Source: Gemmatimonadales bacterium
Lineage (GTDB): Bacteria; Gemmatimonadota; Gemmatimonadetes; Gemmatimonadales; GWC2-71-9
DNA length: 53,441 nucleotides
Assembly: GCA_035706765.1 (NCBI GenBank)
Contig: DASSUS010000093.1
Span: 1-53,441, forward strand
Direction of reading: 5' to 3'
Shown: one piece after another, positions 26,868 to 35,643 of the stretch
How positions within the stretch are numbered: the first letter of the stretch is position 1
How the letters are laid out: each line of letters begins with the position of its first letter
Program-made: the position numbers and the translations under genes
Notes under the pieces: generated by a model
Seen by the model: only the letters and a program-made list of their open reading frames with translations
Databases searched by the model: none
What the model was told of the DNA's origin: nothing

Positions 26868-27909
26868 CGCCCTCCCGCTTCAGCAGCGCCTCTTTCCGCT
26901 CCACGCCCCAGCGATAGCCGCCGAGCGCGCCGTCCTCACGGACGACGCGATGGCAGGGTATGACGAGCGCGACCGGATTGGTGGCGCACGCCCGCGCCAC
27001 GGCGCGCCGGGCGTTGGGATCGCCGATTGCCTTCGCGATTTCAGTGTAGGTCCGCGTCTCACCGAACGGAATCCGCAGCAGCTCCCGCCACACGCGGTGC
27101 TGGAACGCCGTCGCGCGAATGTCGAGCGGCAGCTCGATGGCCGGCTCGCGCCCTTCCAGATGGGAGAGGATCGCGTCGACGAACTTCTCGAGCTTGCCGC
27201 CCCTGTCCTGGCGCACGCGCGCGGCGTCGAACTCGAGCCGCAGGTCTGCCTCGAGCGCCGCGGCGCTGTCGCCCAGCGTCACGCGACACACGCCGCGCTC
27301 CGTCGCCGCAACCAGCATCCTGCCCAGCGCGGTCGGAACGGTGACGAAGACGATGTCGACGCCCGCGCCGCCGCGGGCGTAGGTGGCGGGCGTCATGCCC
27401 AGCCGGGCATGGGTGCGCTCGTACACTCGGCTGGTGGAGCCGTAGCCGGCTTCATAGAGTGCGGGACTCACCTGTTTCCTCCTCCGTAATTCCTGCTTGA
27501 ACCGGGTCGTGCGCCGGGCGTCGGCGTATTGGCGCGGCGTGATGCCGAGGACCCGCTTGAAGGCGCGCGCCAGCCGGTGCGCCGCGCCGGCGGGCTTCCT
27601 TCCGGCGTCCAGCGCACGACACGCCTCGCGGACCGCAGCCACCATCGGATCGGTGCCGGGCGCGTCGCCGGGATGACAGCGCTTGCACGCCCGGAAGCCC
27701 GCCTGTTCGGCCGCCTCGGGGATGGGAAAGAACGTGACCTGTTCGCGCCGTGGCCTCCGGCTCGCGCACGACGGGCGGCAATAGATCCCGGTCGAGCGCA
27801 CCGCATAGACGAACGCGCCATCGTAGCGGCGATCGTGCGCCTGCACGGCGCGCCAGCGCTCGTCCGAGCTCAGGGGCGAAGGGGTCGACAGCGTGGCGGT
27901 AGCAGTCAC
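26842..27909 (-). CDS. ada: bifunctional Ada: methylphosphotriester-DNA methyltransferase/AraC-type regulator plus O6-methylguanine-DNA methyltransferase
   Basis: N-terminal Zn-Cys region YCRPSCASRRP...CKRCHP. AraC-type HTH segment LGITPRQYADARR. C-terminal active site IPCHRVV. Confidence 0.9.
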   Translation of the reverse strand: MTATATLSTPSPLSSDERWRAVQAHDRRYDGAFVYAVRSTGIYCRPSCASRRPRREQVTFFPIPEAAEQAGFRACKRCHPGDAPGTDPMVAAVREACRALDAGRKPAGAAHRLARAFKRVLGITPRQYADARRTTRFKQELRRRKQVSPALYEAGYGSTSRVYERTHARLGMTPATYARGGAGVDIVFVTVPTALGRMLVAATERGVCRVTLGDSAAALEADLRLEFDAARVRQDRGGKLEKFVDAILSHLEGREPAIELPLDIRATAFQHRVWRELLRIPFGETRTYTEIAKAIGDPNARRAVARACATNPVALVIPCHRVVREDGALGGYRWGVERKEALLKREGASSPESSS

Positions 27910-27964
27910 GGAATGAACATACCGGCCGCTGCCGTTGCGATCTATCCGTTTTTGAATGGCGAAC

Positions 27965-28456
27965 TCAGTTCCATTTCTCGTCCGCGGACGGCCCGTAAAT
28001 CGCCGGTACCTTACCGCCCGCCATGCGCAGGTACACCGAGAACTGTCCGCGATGGTGGATCTGATCGTTCAGCATGTACCACAGCACGTCCATGCGGCGC
28101 AGATCGCTCATCTGTCTTGGGCCGGTGACGAACTTGACCGTCGTATTGAGGTGGTTCTCGTCCGCGCTCTGCACCCGCTCGCTCATCAGCTTCAGCGCCT
28201 TTTCGACTTCAGAGACCATGTCTTTCCAGCGCGCCGGTTTCTGCGGCAGGCCGGGGGGTGGAAACTTGATCTCGCCCTGAGCGGCTTGTGACCCTCCGAC
28301 ACCTTCGAACACGAAGGTCCAGGCGAGGTCGTTGGCGCTGCGGCTGTTCGGATGGGGCTTGAGATCGGTTTTGTCTTCTGGAAATGCACGCAACACCTTG
28401 AGCGTCGTTGCGGTCTCACGGTTCCACGCGTCGAGAAAAGCCTGTTTTTCGCTCAT
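27965..28456 (-). CDS. DinB family protein
   Basis: The ATG at 28456 follows AGGAGA. Contains MSEKQAFLDAWNRETATTLKVLRAFPE... and LNDQIHHRGQFSVYLR. Confidence 0.8.
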   Translation of the reverse strand: MSEKQAFLDAWNRETATTLKVLRAFPEDKTDLKPHPNSRSANDLAWTFVFEGVGGSQAAQGEIKFPPPGLPQKPARWKDMVSEVEKALKLMSERVQSADENHLNTTVKFVTGPRQMSDLRRMDVLWYMLNDQIHHRGQFSVYLRMAGGKVPAIYGPSADEKWN

Positions 28457-28536
28457 GTTTTCTCCTGTTGAATTCGTAAGGTACCCGCTCCCGGACGCCA
28501 ATGGCCACCACAGGGGCACGGTCGTAGCTTTCCGCC

Positions 28537-29118
28537 ATGCTCAGCCAGTGCGCCCCGCTCGTGGTTCTCGCTTTGGCCGCCATCGGTGCCTTGACCTGGG
28601 CTGTGTTCGCCCTGCGCCGGTCGCTCGCCCGCGAGCGGCGTCTGGCGCGGATCGACGATCTGACCGGCGTGCGCAACGCGCGCGCCTTCCACGAGGCCGC
28701 CGGGGCAGAAATCGAGCGGGCGCGTCGCTACCAGCATCCCTTCACGGTCGCGGCGGTGGATCTCGGGACCCGCGTGGGCGACGAGCTGGTCCGGGCGGCG
28801 GCCGCCGAAGTGCGCAACGCCTTGCGCGCCACCGACGTGGTTGCCAGGCTGGGCCGGGACGAGTTCGTGGCATTGCTCCCCGAAACACCCGCACCGGCGG
28901 CCCGAATCGTCCTGGACAAGCTGCGGGCCGGATTGGCAGATCTTCGCACGACGGATGGACGCCCCGCCCAACCCAGTATCGGCGGCGTCACCTTCCTCAA
29001 TCCGCCCCGTGCGGTTGAAGAAATCGTGCGCGCGCTGGACGAGCGGATTACCGACGCCAAGACGACCGGCGCTCCGTCGCACATCACCTGGAACGCGGCC
29101 CCCGTCGAGGGGCGATGA
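28537..29118 (+). CDS. single-TM GGDEF-domain protein with a degenerate active site (GRDEF) and retained RxxD I-site
   Basis: TM segment [21 protein letters not shown]. Contains [12 protein letters not shown] and [18 protein letters not shown]. See the finding. Confidence 0.8.
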   Translation: MLSQCAPLVVLALAAIGALTWAVFALRRSLARERRLARIDDLTGVRNARAFHEAAGAEIERARRYQHPFTVAAVDLGTRVGDELVRAAAAEVRNALRATDVVARLGRDEFVALLPETPAPAARIVLDKLRAGLADLRTTDGRPAQPSIGGVTFLNPPRAVEEIVRALDERITDAKTTGAPSHITWNAAPVEGR

Positions 29119-29507
29119 ACGCGCGGCAGAACATTTCGAGCGGCGCTCCATGGGAGCCGGTCGTCGGGTATTCACGGGCCGTTCGCACGGGACGCGTCAT
29201 TCATGTCGCCGGCACGACCGCGACGGACGCCTCGGGGAAGGTCGTGGGCGCCGGCGATCCGTACGCCCAGGCGGTCCAGGCGCTGCGCAACATCGGGCGG
29301 GCGCTCGAGCAGGCGGGCGCGCGGTTCGAGCATGTCGTCCGCACGCGCATGTACGTGACGAACATCGACCACTGGGAAGCGGTGGGACGCGCCCACGGGG
29401 AAGTATTTCGGGACATTCGACCGGCGGCGACGCTCGTGGCGGTCGCGGGGCTGGTCGATCCAACCATGCTGGTTGAAATCGAGGCTGAAGCGATCCTTCC
29501 CGAATGA
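29115..29507 (+). CDS. RidA/YjgF family protein
   Basis: Contains [11 protein letters not shown]...[35 protein letters not shown]...PAATLVAV. It has 4-nt overlaps with both neighbours. Confidence 0.85.
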   Translation: MNARQNISSGAPWEPVVGYSRAVRTGRVIHVAGTTATDASGKVVGAGDPYAQAVQALRNIGRALEQAGARFEHVVRTRMYVTNIDHWEAVGRAHGEVFRDIRPAATLVAVAGLVDPTMLVEIEAEAILPE

Positions 29508-30415
29508 AAATCGCCGTGAGCGGATCGACAGGCCTGATCGGCTCGCCGCTCGTCGAGGTGCTGAAGGCTCGCGGCGATGCGGTCGTCCGTCTGGTCCGAC
29601 CCCCCGCGAAAGCCGGGCCAGATTCGATCCAGTGGGACCCGGAGCGGGGCAGGATCGATCGCGCAGGTCTCGAAGCGGTGGACGCGGTCATCCACCTCGC
29701 CGGCGAGAATGTCTTCGGCCGCTGGTCCAGCGCCAAGAAGCGCCGCATTCGCGACAGTCGAGTGCAGGGCACGCGGCTGATCAGCGACACCATCGCTTCC
29801 CTCGCCAAACGGCCCGCAACTCTTCTCGCGGCGTCCGCGATCGGCTTCTATGGCAACCAGCGCGATCAGCCGCTCACGGAGCAGAGCCCCTCCGGAAGCG
29901 ATTTTCTCGCCGAAGTCGCCCGCGAGTGGGAAGCGGCGACCGCGTCTGCCGCGCGCGCCGGCGTGCGCGTCGTGAACATGCGGTTCGGCGTCGTGCTCAC
30001 CCCGAGGGGCGGCGCGCTCGGCAAGATGCTGCCGCCCTTTCGGCTGGGCGTGGGCGGGCCGGTGGGGAGCGGGAATCAGTTCGTGAGCTGGATCGCGCTC
30101 GAGGACGCGATCAACGCGATCGTGTACTTGCTCGGGAAGACGGAGGTGACCGGTCCCGTCAACATCACCGCGCCGAATCCGGTGACGAACCGCGAAATGG
30201 CGACGACGCTGGGCAGAGTTTTGCACCGGCCTTCGGTCGTGCCGGTGCCGTCGTTCGCGCTCAAGATGGCATTCGGCGCGGAAGGGGCCGACATGCTGCA
30301 GAGCGGTCAGCGTGTGTTGCCGGAGCGGCTGGTCGCGTCGGGCTTCACGTTCCGCTTTCCGGCGCTCGAGCCCGCGCTGCGGCACTTGCTTGCCCCCTCC
30401 GACACCGCCCCGTAG
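29504..30415 (+). CDS. TIGR01777-type NAD-dependent epimerase/SDR family protein (YfcH-like, DUF1731 C-terminus)
   Basis: Contains [26 protein letters not shown] and [14 protein letters not shown], with the C-terminal part [17 protein letters not shown]. Confidence 0.85.
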   Translation: MKIAVSGSTGLIGSPLVEVLKARGDAVVRLVRPPAKAGPDSIQWDPERGRIDRAGLEAVDAVIHLAGENVFGRWSSAKKRRIRDSRVQGTRLISDTIASLAKRPATLLAASAIGFYGNQRDQPLTEQSPSGSDFLAEVAREWEAATASAARAGVRVVNMRFGVVLTPRGGALGKMLPPFRLGVGGPVGSGNQFVSWIALEDAINAIVYLLGKTEVTGPVNITAPNPVTNREMATTLGRVLHRPSVVPVPSFALKMAFGAEGADMLQSGQRVLPERLVASGFTFRFPALEPALRHLLAPSDTAP

Positions 30416-30423
30416 TATCGGGC

Positions 30424-30885
30424 ATGACGCTGCCCGACGTGTACGGCGACGAGCCGGAGCACGAACAGGAATCGCAGGAGCCCGAGATATCCAGGCGCTC
30501 CCGCGGCGTCGCTCTCGCGCTCTGTCTCGTAGGCGGCTGGTGCGGCCTGCACCGGTTTTATCTCGGCAAGACCAAGACCGCGCTCGCCATGATTCCGACG
30601 CTGGGAGGGATGGGCATCTGGTGGTTCTACGACCTGGTGCTGATCGCCGTCGGCGAGTTCCGGGATGCCGACGAGCTCCCGGTCCGGAACTGGGAAGTGG
30701 AGCAGTCGCAGTTTCACCGGCGCGAGCTGAAAACCCGCGCCGAGCAGCGGGTGAATGAGCTCGAGGATCAGATGACCGGACTGCGCCAGCAGGTGGACGA
30801 GCTGGCGGAACGCGTCGACTTCGCCGAACGGATGCTCGCGCAGCAGCGCGAGCCGACGGCCCCCAGACTCAACCGCGGATCCTGA
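30424..30885 (+). CDS. TM2 domain protein with a C-terminal coiled-coil tail
   Basis: The ATG at 30424 lies within the frame of ORF 29473..30885. Contains VALALCLVGGWCGLHRFYLGKTKTALAMIPTLGGMGIWWFYDLVLIAVGEFRD (TM2 signature), then RVNELEDQMTGLRQQVDELAERVDFAERML. Confidence 0.8.
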   Translation: MTLPDVYGDEPEHEQESQEPEISRRSRGVALALCLVGGWCGLHRFYLGKTKTALAMIPTLGGMGIWWFYDLVLIAVGEFRDADELPVRNWEVEQSQFHRRELKTRAEQRVNELEDQMTGLRQQVDELAERVDFAERMLAQQREPTAPRLNRGS

Positions 30886-30890
30886 CCGCC

Positions 30891-31988
30891 ATGCGCATCG
30901 GCGTGCCGAAGGAAGTCGCTCCGAACGAGCGACGTGTGGCCCTGACCCCGGACGTCGTCGGCAAGCTCGTGAAGGGCGGCCACGAGGTCGAAATCGAGCG
31001 CGGCGCGGGCGACAGTGCATTCTTCCCGGACGACGCCTACCGGGCGTCGGGCGCGAAGATCGGCGATCGATCCTCCGTTCTCGGCCGGTCCGACATCGTG
31101 GCGCAGGTTCAGGCACCCAGCCCCGCCTCGCTCGGCGAGTATCGCGAGGGGGCGGTGCTGATCGCCGCATTTCAGCCGAACGCCGAGCTGCATCGCCAGC
31201 TCGCCCAGCGCAAACTGACGGCGTTCACCCTCGTGTTACTCCCCCGCATCACGCGCGCGCAGGGAATGGACGTGCTGTCCTCGCAGGCCACCGTGGCCGG
31301 TTACAAGGCCGTCCTGCTCGCCGGCGCGACGGCACCGCGCCTGTTCCCCATGCTCGTCACCGCGGCGGGCACGCTGCCGGCCGCCCGCGTGCTGGTGCTC
31401 GGCGCCGGCGTGGCGGGACTCCAGGCGATTGCCACTGCCCGGCGGCTCGGCGCGATCGTGTCCGCGTTCGACGTGCGGCCGGCCGTCAAGGAACAGGTTC
31501 AGAGCCTCGGCGCCACGTTCCTGGAAATGAAAATCGAGGAGCACGCGGAGACGGCGGGCGGCTACGCCAAGGAATTGTCGGAGGAAACTCACCGCAAAGA
31601 GCTCGCGTTTCTCGCGGCCGCGGTGAAGGACGCCGATGTGGTGGTCACGACCGCCGCCATTCCGGGAAAGAAGGCGCCGGTGTTGATCACGGCCGCCGCG
31701 GTGGACGGCATGAAGCCCGGGTCGGTGATCGTCGATCTCGCCGCCGAGACCGGCGGCAACTGCGAGCTGACGCAGGCCGGCGCGGAAATCGTGCGACACG
31801 GCGTCAGCATTCTCGGACCGCTGAACCTTCCCAGTACCCAGCCGCTGCACGCGAGCCAGATGTACGCGCGCAACGTGCAGGCGTTTCTCGGTCATCTCGT
31901 GTCGGACGGCGCTTTGCGTCTCGATTTCGAGGATCAGATCACTCGTGACACCTGCGTGACCCACGCGGGCGAGGTGCGGAAATCATGA
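30891..31988 (+). CDS. pntAA: NAD(P) transhydrogenase subunit alpha part 1
   Basis: Contains MRIGVPKEVAPNERRVALTP and VLVLGAGVAGLQAIATARRLGA (NAD fold). Confidence 0.95.
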   Translation: MRIGVPKEVAPNERRVALTPDVVGKLVKGGHEVEIERGAGDSAFFPDDAYRASGAKIGDRSSVLGRSDIVAQVQAPSPASLGEYREGAVLIAAFQPNAELHRQLAQRKLTAFTLVLLPRITRAQGMDVLSSQATVAGYKAVLLAGATAPRLFPMLVTAAGTLPAARVLVLGAGVAGLQAIATARRLGAIVSAFDVRPAVKEQVQSLGATFLEMKIEEHAETAGGYAKELSEETHRKELAFLAAAVKDADVVVTTAAIPGKKAPVLITAAAVDGMKPGSVIVDLAAETGGNCELTQAGAEIVRHGVSILGPLNLPSTQPLHASQMYARNVQAFLGHLVSDGALRLDFEDQITRDTCVTHAGEVRKS

Positions 31989-32269
31989 TCTCCAGCGATT
32001 TCGGATCGATGTTGTTCGTGTTCGTGCTGGCGACGTTCATCGGGCTCGGCGTGATCCGCCGGGTCTCGCGCCTCTTGTACACGCCGCTGATGTCGCTGAC
32101 GAACGCGATCTCGGCGATCGCGGTCGTCGGATCGATCGTGGTCGCCGGCGCCGATCATCCGCTCACGATCCGGATTCTCGGCGCCGTCGCGCTGTTCGCG
32201 TCGATGACCAACATCGTCAGCGGCTTCATGATCACCGACCGGATGCTCAAGATGTTCAAGAAGCAGTGA
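31985..32269 (+). CDS. pntAB: NAD(P) transhydrogenase subunit alpha part 2 (membrane)
   Basis: It is 94 aa and hydrophobic, with HTPLMSLTNAISAI-type sequence (YTPLMSLTNAISAIAVVG). It has 4-nt overlaps with both neighbours. Confidence 0.9.
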   Translation: MISSDFGSMLFVFVLATFIGLGVIRRVSRLLYTPLMSLTNAISAIAVVGSIVVAGADHPLTIRILGAVALFASMTNIVSGFMITDRMLKMFKKQ

Positions 32270-33675
32270 TGAAGCTCGTCAGCGAGCTGGCGGCCGTCGT
32301 CGCGACGTCGCTGTTCATCTTCGCGCTGCATTGGATGAACGACCCCAAAACGGCGCGGCGGGGCGTCATTGCCGGCGTGACCGGCATGACGATCGCGGTC
32401 GTCGCCACCTGGATCCAGCCGGAGATCCTGCACCACGGCTGGATCGTCGCCGCGATCATCCTGGGGTTCGTGGTCGGCGTGCCGCTCTCGCGCGTCCCGC
32501 TCACCGCCGTGCCGCAGCGGACCGCGCTGTCGCACGCGTTCGGCGGGCTCGCCGCCGGCCTCGTGGGCACGGCGGAGTTCTTCCTCTGGATCAACGAGCC
32601 GGGCGACGGCCACATCACTCCGTTCCGCATGGGCGCGCTGGTGCTCGAAGTGATCCTCGGATTCCTCACGTTCACGGGCAGTCTCATGGCGGCGGGGAAG
32701 CTGCAGGAGGTCCGCTGGATCCCGCAGCGTCCGGTCACCTATCCGGGACAGAATTTCGTGAACATCGGGGTGCTGGCGATCGCGGTGGCGCTCGGGGGAG
32801 CGCTGGTCGTGAACCCGCACGCGCCGTGGGCGGGACAGGCGTTCATCGCGATCGCGGTGCTGGCGACGATCTTCGGCGTGCTGTTGATCATTCCGATCGG
32901 CGGCGCCGACATGCCGACGGTGATCTCGATTCTCAACGCGTATGCGGGGCTCGCCGCGGTGGCGATGGGATTCGTGCTGGACAGCAAGCTCCTGGTCACG
33001 GCCGGCGCGCTCGACGGCTCGAGCGGCCTGATTCTGTCGATCATCATGTGCCGCGCGATGAACCGCTCGTTCAGCAACGTGCTGTTCGGCGCGTTCGGCA
33101 AGGCGCAGCCCGCGCTCGCGGCCGGCGAGCAGAAGCCGTGGAAGCAGGAAACCGTCGAAGGCGCCGCCCAGCTGCTCGAGCAGGCGCGGAATGTCGTGAT
33201 CATTCCCGGCTACGGGATGGCCGTCGCGCAGGCGCAGCACAAAGTCCGCGAGCTGTACGACGTGCTGACCAAGCGCGGCGTGACGGTGAAGTTCGCGATC
33301 CATCCGGTGGCGGGCCGGATGCCGGGTCACATGAACGTCCTCCTCGCCGAAGCCAACATCCCTTATTCGGCGCTGGTCGAGATGGACGAGATCAATCCGG
33401 AGATGCCGCAGACCGACGTCGCGCTCGTGCTGGGCGCCAACGACGTCGTCAATCCGTCAGCGCGCTACGCGAAAAACACCCCGATCTACGGGATGCCGAT
33501 CATCGACGCCGACAAAGCGAAGACGGTGCTCGCCGTGAAGCGCAGCAAGAACCCGGGCTTTGCCGGCATCGACAACGAGCTCTACACGCTGGACAACACC
33601 TGGATGCTGTTTGGGGATGCGAAGGCGGTGCTGGCGGATTTGGTGAAGCAGTTTGGGGGCGGGGGGATACACTGA
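32266..33675 (+). CDS. pntB: NAD(P) transhydrogenase subunit beta
   Basis: The N-terminal part is polytopic. The C-terminal dIII part has PGYGMAVAQAQH...HPVAGRMPGHMNVLLAEA...GANDVVNP. Confidence 0.95.
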   Translation: MMKLVSELAAVVATSLFIFALHWMNDPKTARRGVIAGVTGMTIAVVATWIQPEILHHGWIVAAIILGFVVGVPLSRVPLTAVPQRTALSHAFGGLAAGLVGTAEFFLWINEPGDGHITPFRMGALVLEVILGFLTFTGSLMAAGKLQEVRWIPQRPVTYPGQNFVNIGVLAIAVALGGALVVNPHAPWAGQAFIAIAVLATIFGVLLIIPIGGADMPTVISILNAYAGLAAVAMGFVLDSKLLVTAGALDGSSGLILSIIMCRAMNRSFSNVLFGAFGKAQPALAAGEQKPWKQETVEGAAQLLEQARNVVIIPGYGMAVAQAQHKVRELYDVLTKRGVTVKFAIHPVAGRMPGHMNVLLAEANIPYSALVEMDEINPEMPQTDVALVLGANDVVNPSARYAKNTPIYGMPIIDADKAKTVLAVKRSKNPGFAGIDNELYTLDNTWMLFGDAKAVLADLVKQFGGGGIH

Positions 33676-33677
33676 GC

Positions 33678-33754
33678 GCTATCAGCTAGCGGCTATCAGC
33701 TATCGGAACTGCTTTTACCCGATAGCTGGTAGCCGGTAGCCGATAGCCGATAGC
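33678..33754. repeat. tandem-heptamer hairpin (GCTATCR x4 / loop / YGRTAGC x5) filling the gap between two convergent stop codons
   Basis: Left units at 33678-33705 are gctatca gctagcg gctatca gctatcg. The loop is 33707-33718. Right units at 33720-33754 are cgatagc tggtagc cggtagc cgatagc cgatagc. Arms 33678-33706 and 33719-33747 pair over 29 positions: 26 Watson-Crick pairs, 1 G:U and 2 mismatches, counted by eye. Confidence 0.9.
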
Positions 33755-33755
33755 T

Positions 33756-35633
33756 TCACTTGCCCCAACTATTGTTCCCCCGCTCCACATCCGGATAGAT
33801 CCGCTGCGGGTCGATCACCACGCCGACGATCTGCTTCGGTGGCGCTAGGCGATATCTGAATCTGTTGCCGAGATACCACATCTCCACCGGCAGCTCGCGG
33901 CGTTCCGTCGTGCCATCGTTGTAGCGCAGCTCGAGCTGGACCGGCAGCACCATCTGCCCGCGGTTGGAAAGCGTGATGAACGTGCTGTCGCCCTCGCGGC
34001 GCACTTCGTCGACAGCCTGATCGAGGCGGGCGGTGGTGTAGATCCAGTTGCGCCAGAACCAGTCGAGATCGCGGCCCGTCATGTCGGACATCGTGCGGAA
34101 GAAGTCCGCGGGCTGCGGATGCTTGCCCTTCCAGCGCCGGAAGTATTCGCGGAACGCGCGATCGAATTCGTCGCGGCCCAGGACCGCATCCCGTAGCAGC
34201 GTCAGCATCAAGGCCGGCTTCTGATAGGCGTTCCAGTACAGCTGCCGGACTTCATCCGGCTTCGTGATCATCGGCTGTTCGTTGCCCGGCGTCGCGTTGG
34301 TGTTGTAAGCCGTCAGCAGCTCGCGCCGTACGGTGTCGCCGTACGCGGTGCCCTTGAAGAACGCCTCGGCCACGTCGTAGTCCGCGAAGGTGTTGAAGCC
34401 TTCGTCCATCCACGGATAGCGGCGCTCGTCCGAGCCGGCCTGCATCGGGAACCACTGGTGACCGAGCTCGTGGGTCAGGATCCAGAACTGATCCTCGCGC
34501 TTTTGGAGCGAGGGACAGAAGATCAACATCGGGTACTCCATCCCCTCCACCAGTCCCTCGACGGCCGAGATCTGCGGCCACGGGTACTGCCCCAGCGTGT
34601 TGGAGAACTGGCGCAGCGCGAACTTGAGCATCGTGTTCGCTTCTTCCCACGGCGTCGCGTCGGGATGGTAGAACGTCTGGACCAGAATTCCTTCCCAGGT
34701 GCTCGCGTCCCAGCGCAACCCGGCGCCCGCGGCCCACGCGAAATCGCGCACGCCCGGGGCGGTGAATCGCCAGGTGCGCGTCCCCGGCACTTTTCGGGTG
34801 GCGTTCACGACCGCTTCCTGGCGCGTTACGACCAACACGACCTGACCCGGGTTGGTGAACACGCGCGCGAGCCGGGCGCGCTCCTGCGCCGTGCGGACCG
34901 CGGTCGGGTTGGCGAGCGCGCCGGTGGCGGTCACGAGAAATCCCGCGGGCACCGTGAGGCTTACGTCGAAATCGCCGAACTCGAGGTAAAACTCTCCCGC
35001 GCCAAGGAAGGGCAGCGTGTTCCAGCCACGCACGTCGTCGTACACCGCCATGCGGGGATACCATTGCCCGAGCTCGTAAAAGCGCGAGCCGACGCGTCCC
35101 ATCCGGCCGCCGCCGTACGGCGGGATCGGGAAGTGCCAGGCGACGTCGAACGTGATCCCGAGTCCCGGGGCGAGCGGCCGCGGCAGCTGCACGCGCATCA
35201 TCGTTCCGAAGACTTTCGTGCTCAGCTGCCGGCCGGCGGTCGCGAACCGGTCAATCGTGATTCCGCCGGAAAATCCCTTGCCCGTGAAATCGAAGACCAC
35301 GCCGCCGGCGAACTGCAGCGGCGGTTGATTGAGCGTGCTGGAGATCGAGCCCGGCGCGAACAGGTTTTGATCGAGCTGCACCCACACGAACGGGAGCGCG
35401 TCGGGGGAACGATTGACGTAATAGATCCGGCCGCGGCCGCGGAGCACATTGGTGCCCGTGTCGAGCGTGGCCTCGAGCGTGTAATCAGCCCGTTGCTGCC
35501 AGTAGCCCCGGCCCGGCGCGCCCGAGGCGCTGCGAACCGCCGTCGCCGGCGGCAAAGGCAGCGCGCGGAACGGCGACGAGTCGGCGACGGATTGTTGAAG
35601 ACCCAACGTTGCGACGGTCAACAGCACGAACAT
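33756..35633 (-). CDS. M1 family metallopeptidase (aminopeptidase N-like), secreted
   Basis: Contains HELGHQWF plus WMDEGFNTF (HExxH-x18-E). Signal MFVLLTVATLGL. Confidence 0.9.
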   Translation of the reverse strand: MFVLLTVATLGLQQSVADSSPFRALPLPPATAVRSASGAPGRGYWQQRADYTLEATLDTGTNVLRGRGRIYYVNRSPDALPFVWVQLDQNLFAPGSISSTLNQPPLQFAGGVVFDFTGKGFSGGITIDRFATAGRQLSTKVFGTMMRVQLPRPLAPGLGITFDVAWHFPIPPYGGGRMGRVGSRFYELGQWYPRMAVYDDVRGWNTLPFLGAGEFYLEFGDFDVSLTVPAGFLVTATGALANPTAVRTAQERARLARVFTNPGQVVLVVTRQEAVVNATRKVPGTRTWRFTAPGVRDFAWAAGAGLRWDASTWEGILVQTFYHPDATPWEEANTMLKFALRQFSNTLGQYPWPQISAVEGLVEGMEYPMLIFCPSLQKREDQFWILTHELGHQWFPMQAGSDERRYPWMDEGFNTFADYDVAEAFFKGTAYGDTVRRELLTAYNTNATPGNEQPMITKPDEVRQLYWNAYQKPALMLTLLRDAVLGRDEFDRAFREYFRRWKGKHPQPADFFRTMSDMTGRDLDWFWRNWIYTTARLDQAVDEVRREGDSTFITLSNRGQMVLPVQLELRYNDGTTERRELPVEMWYLGNRFRYRLAPPKQIVGVVIDPQRIYPDVERGNNSWGK

Positions 35634-35643
35634 GCGGTTCTCC

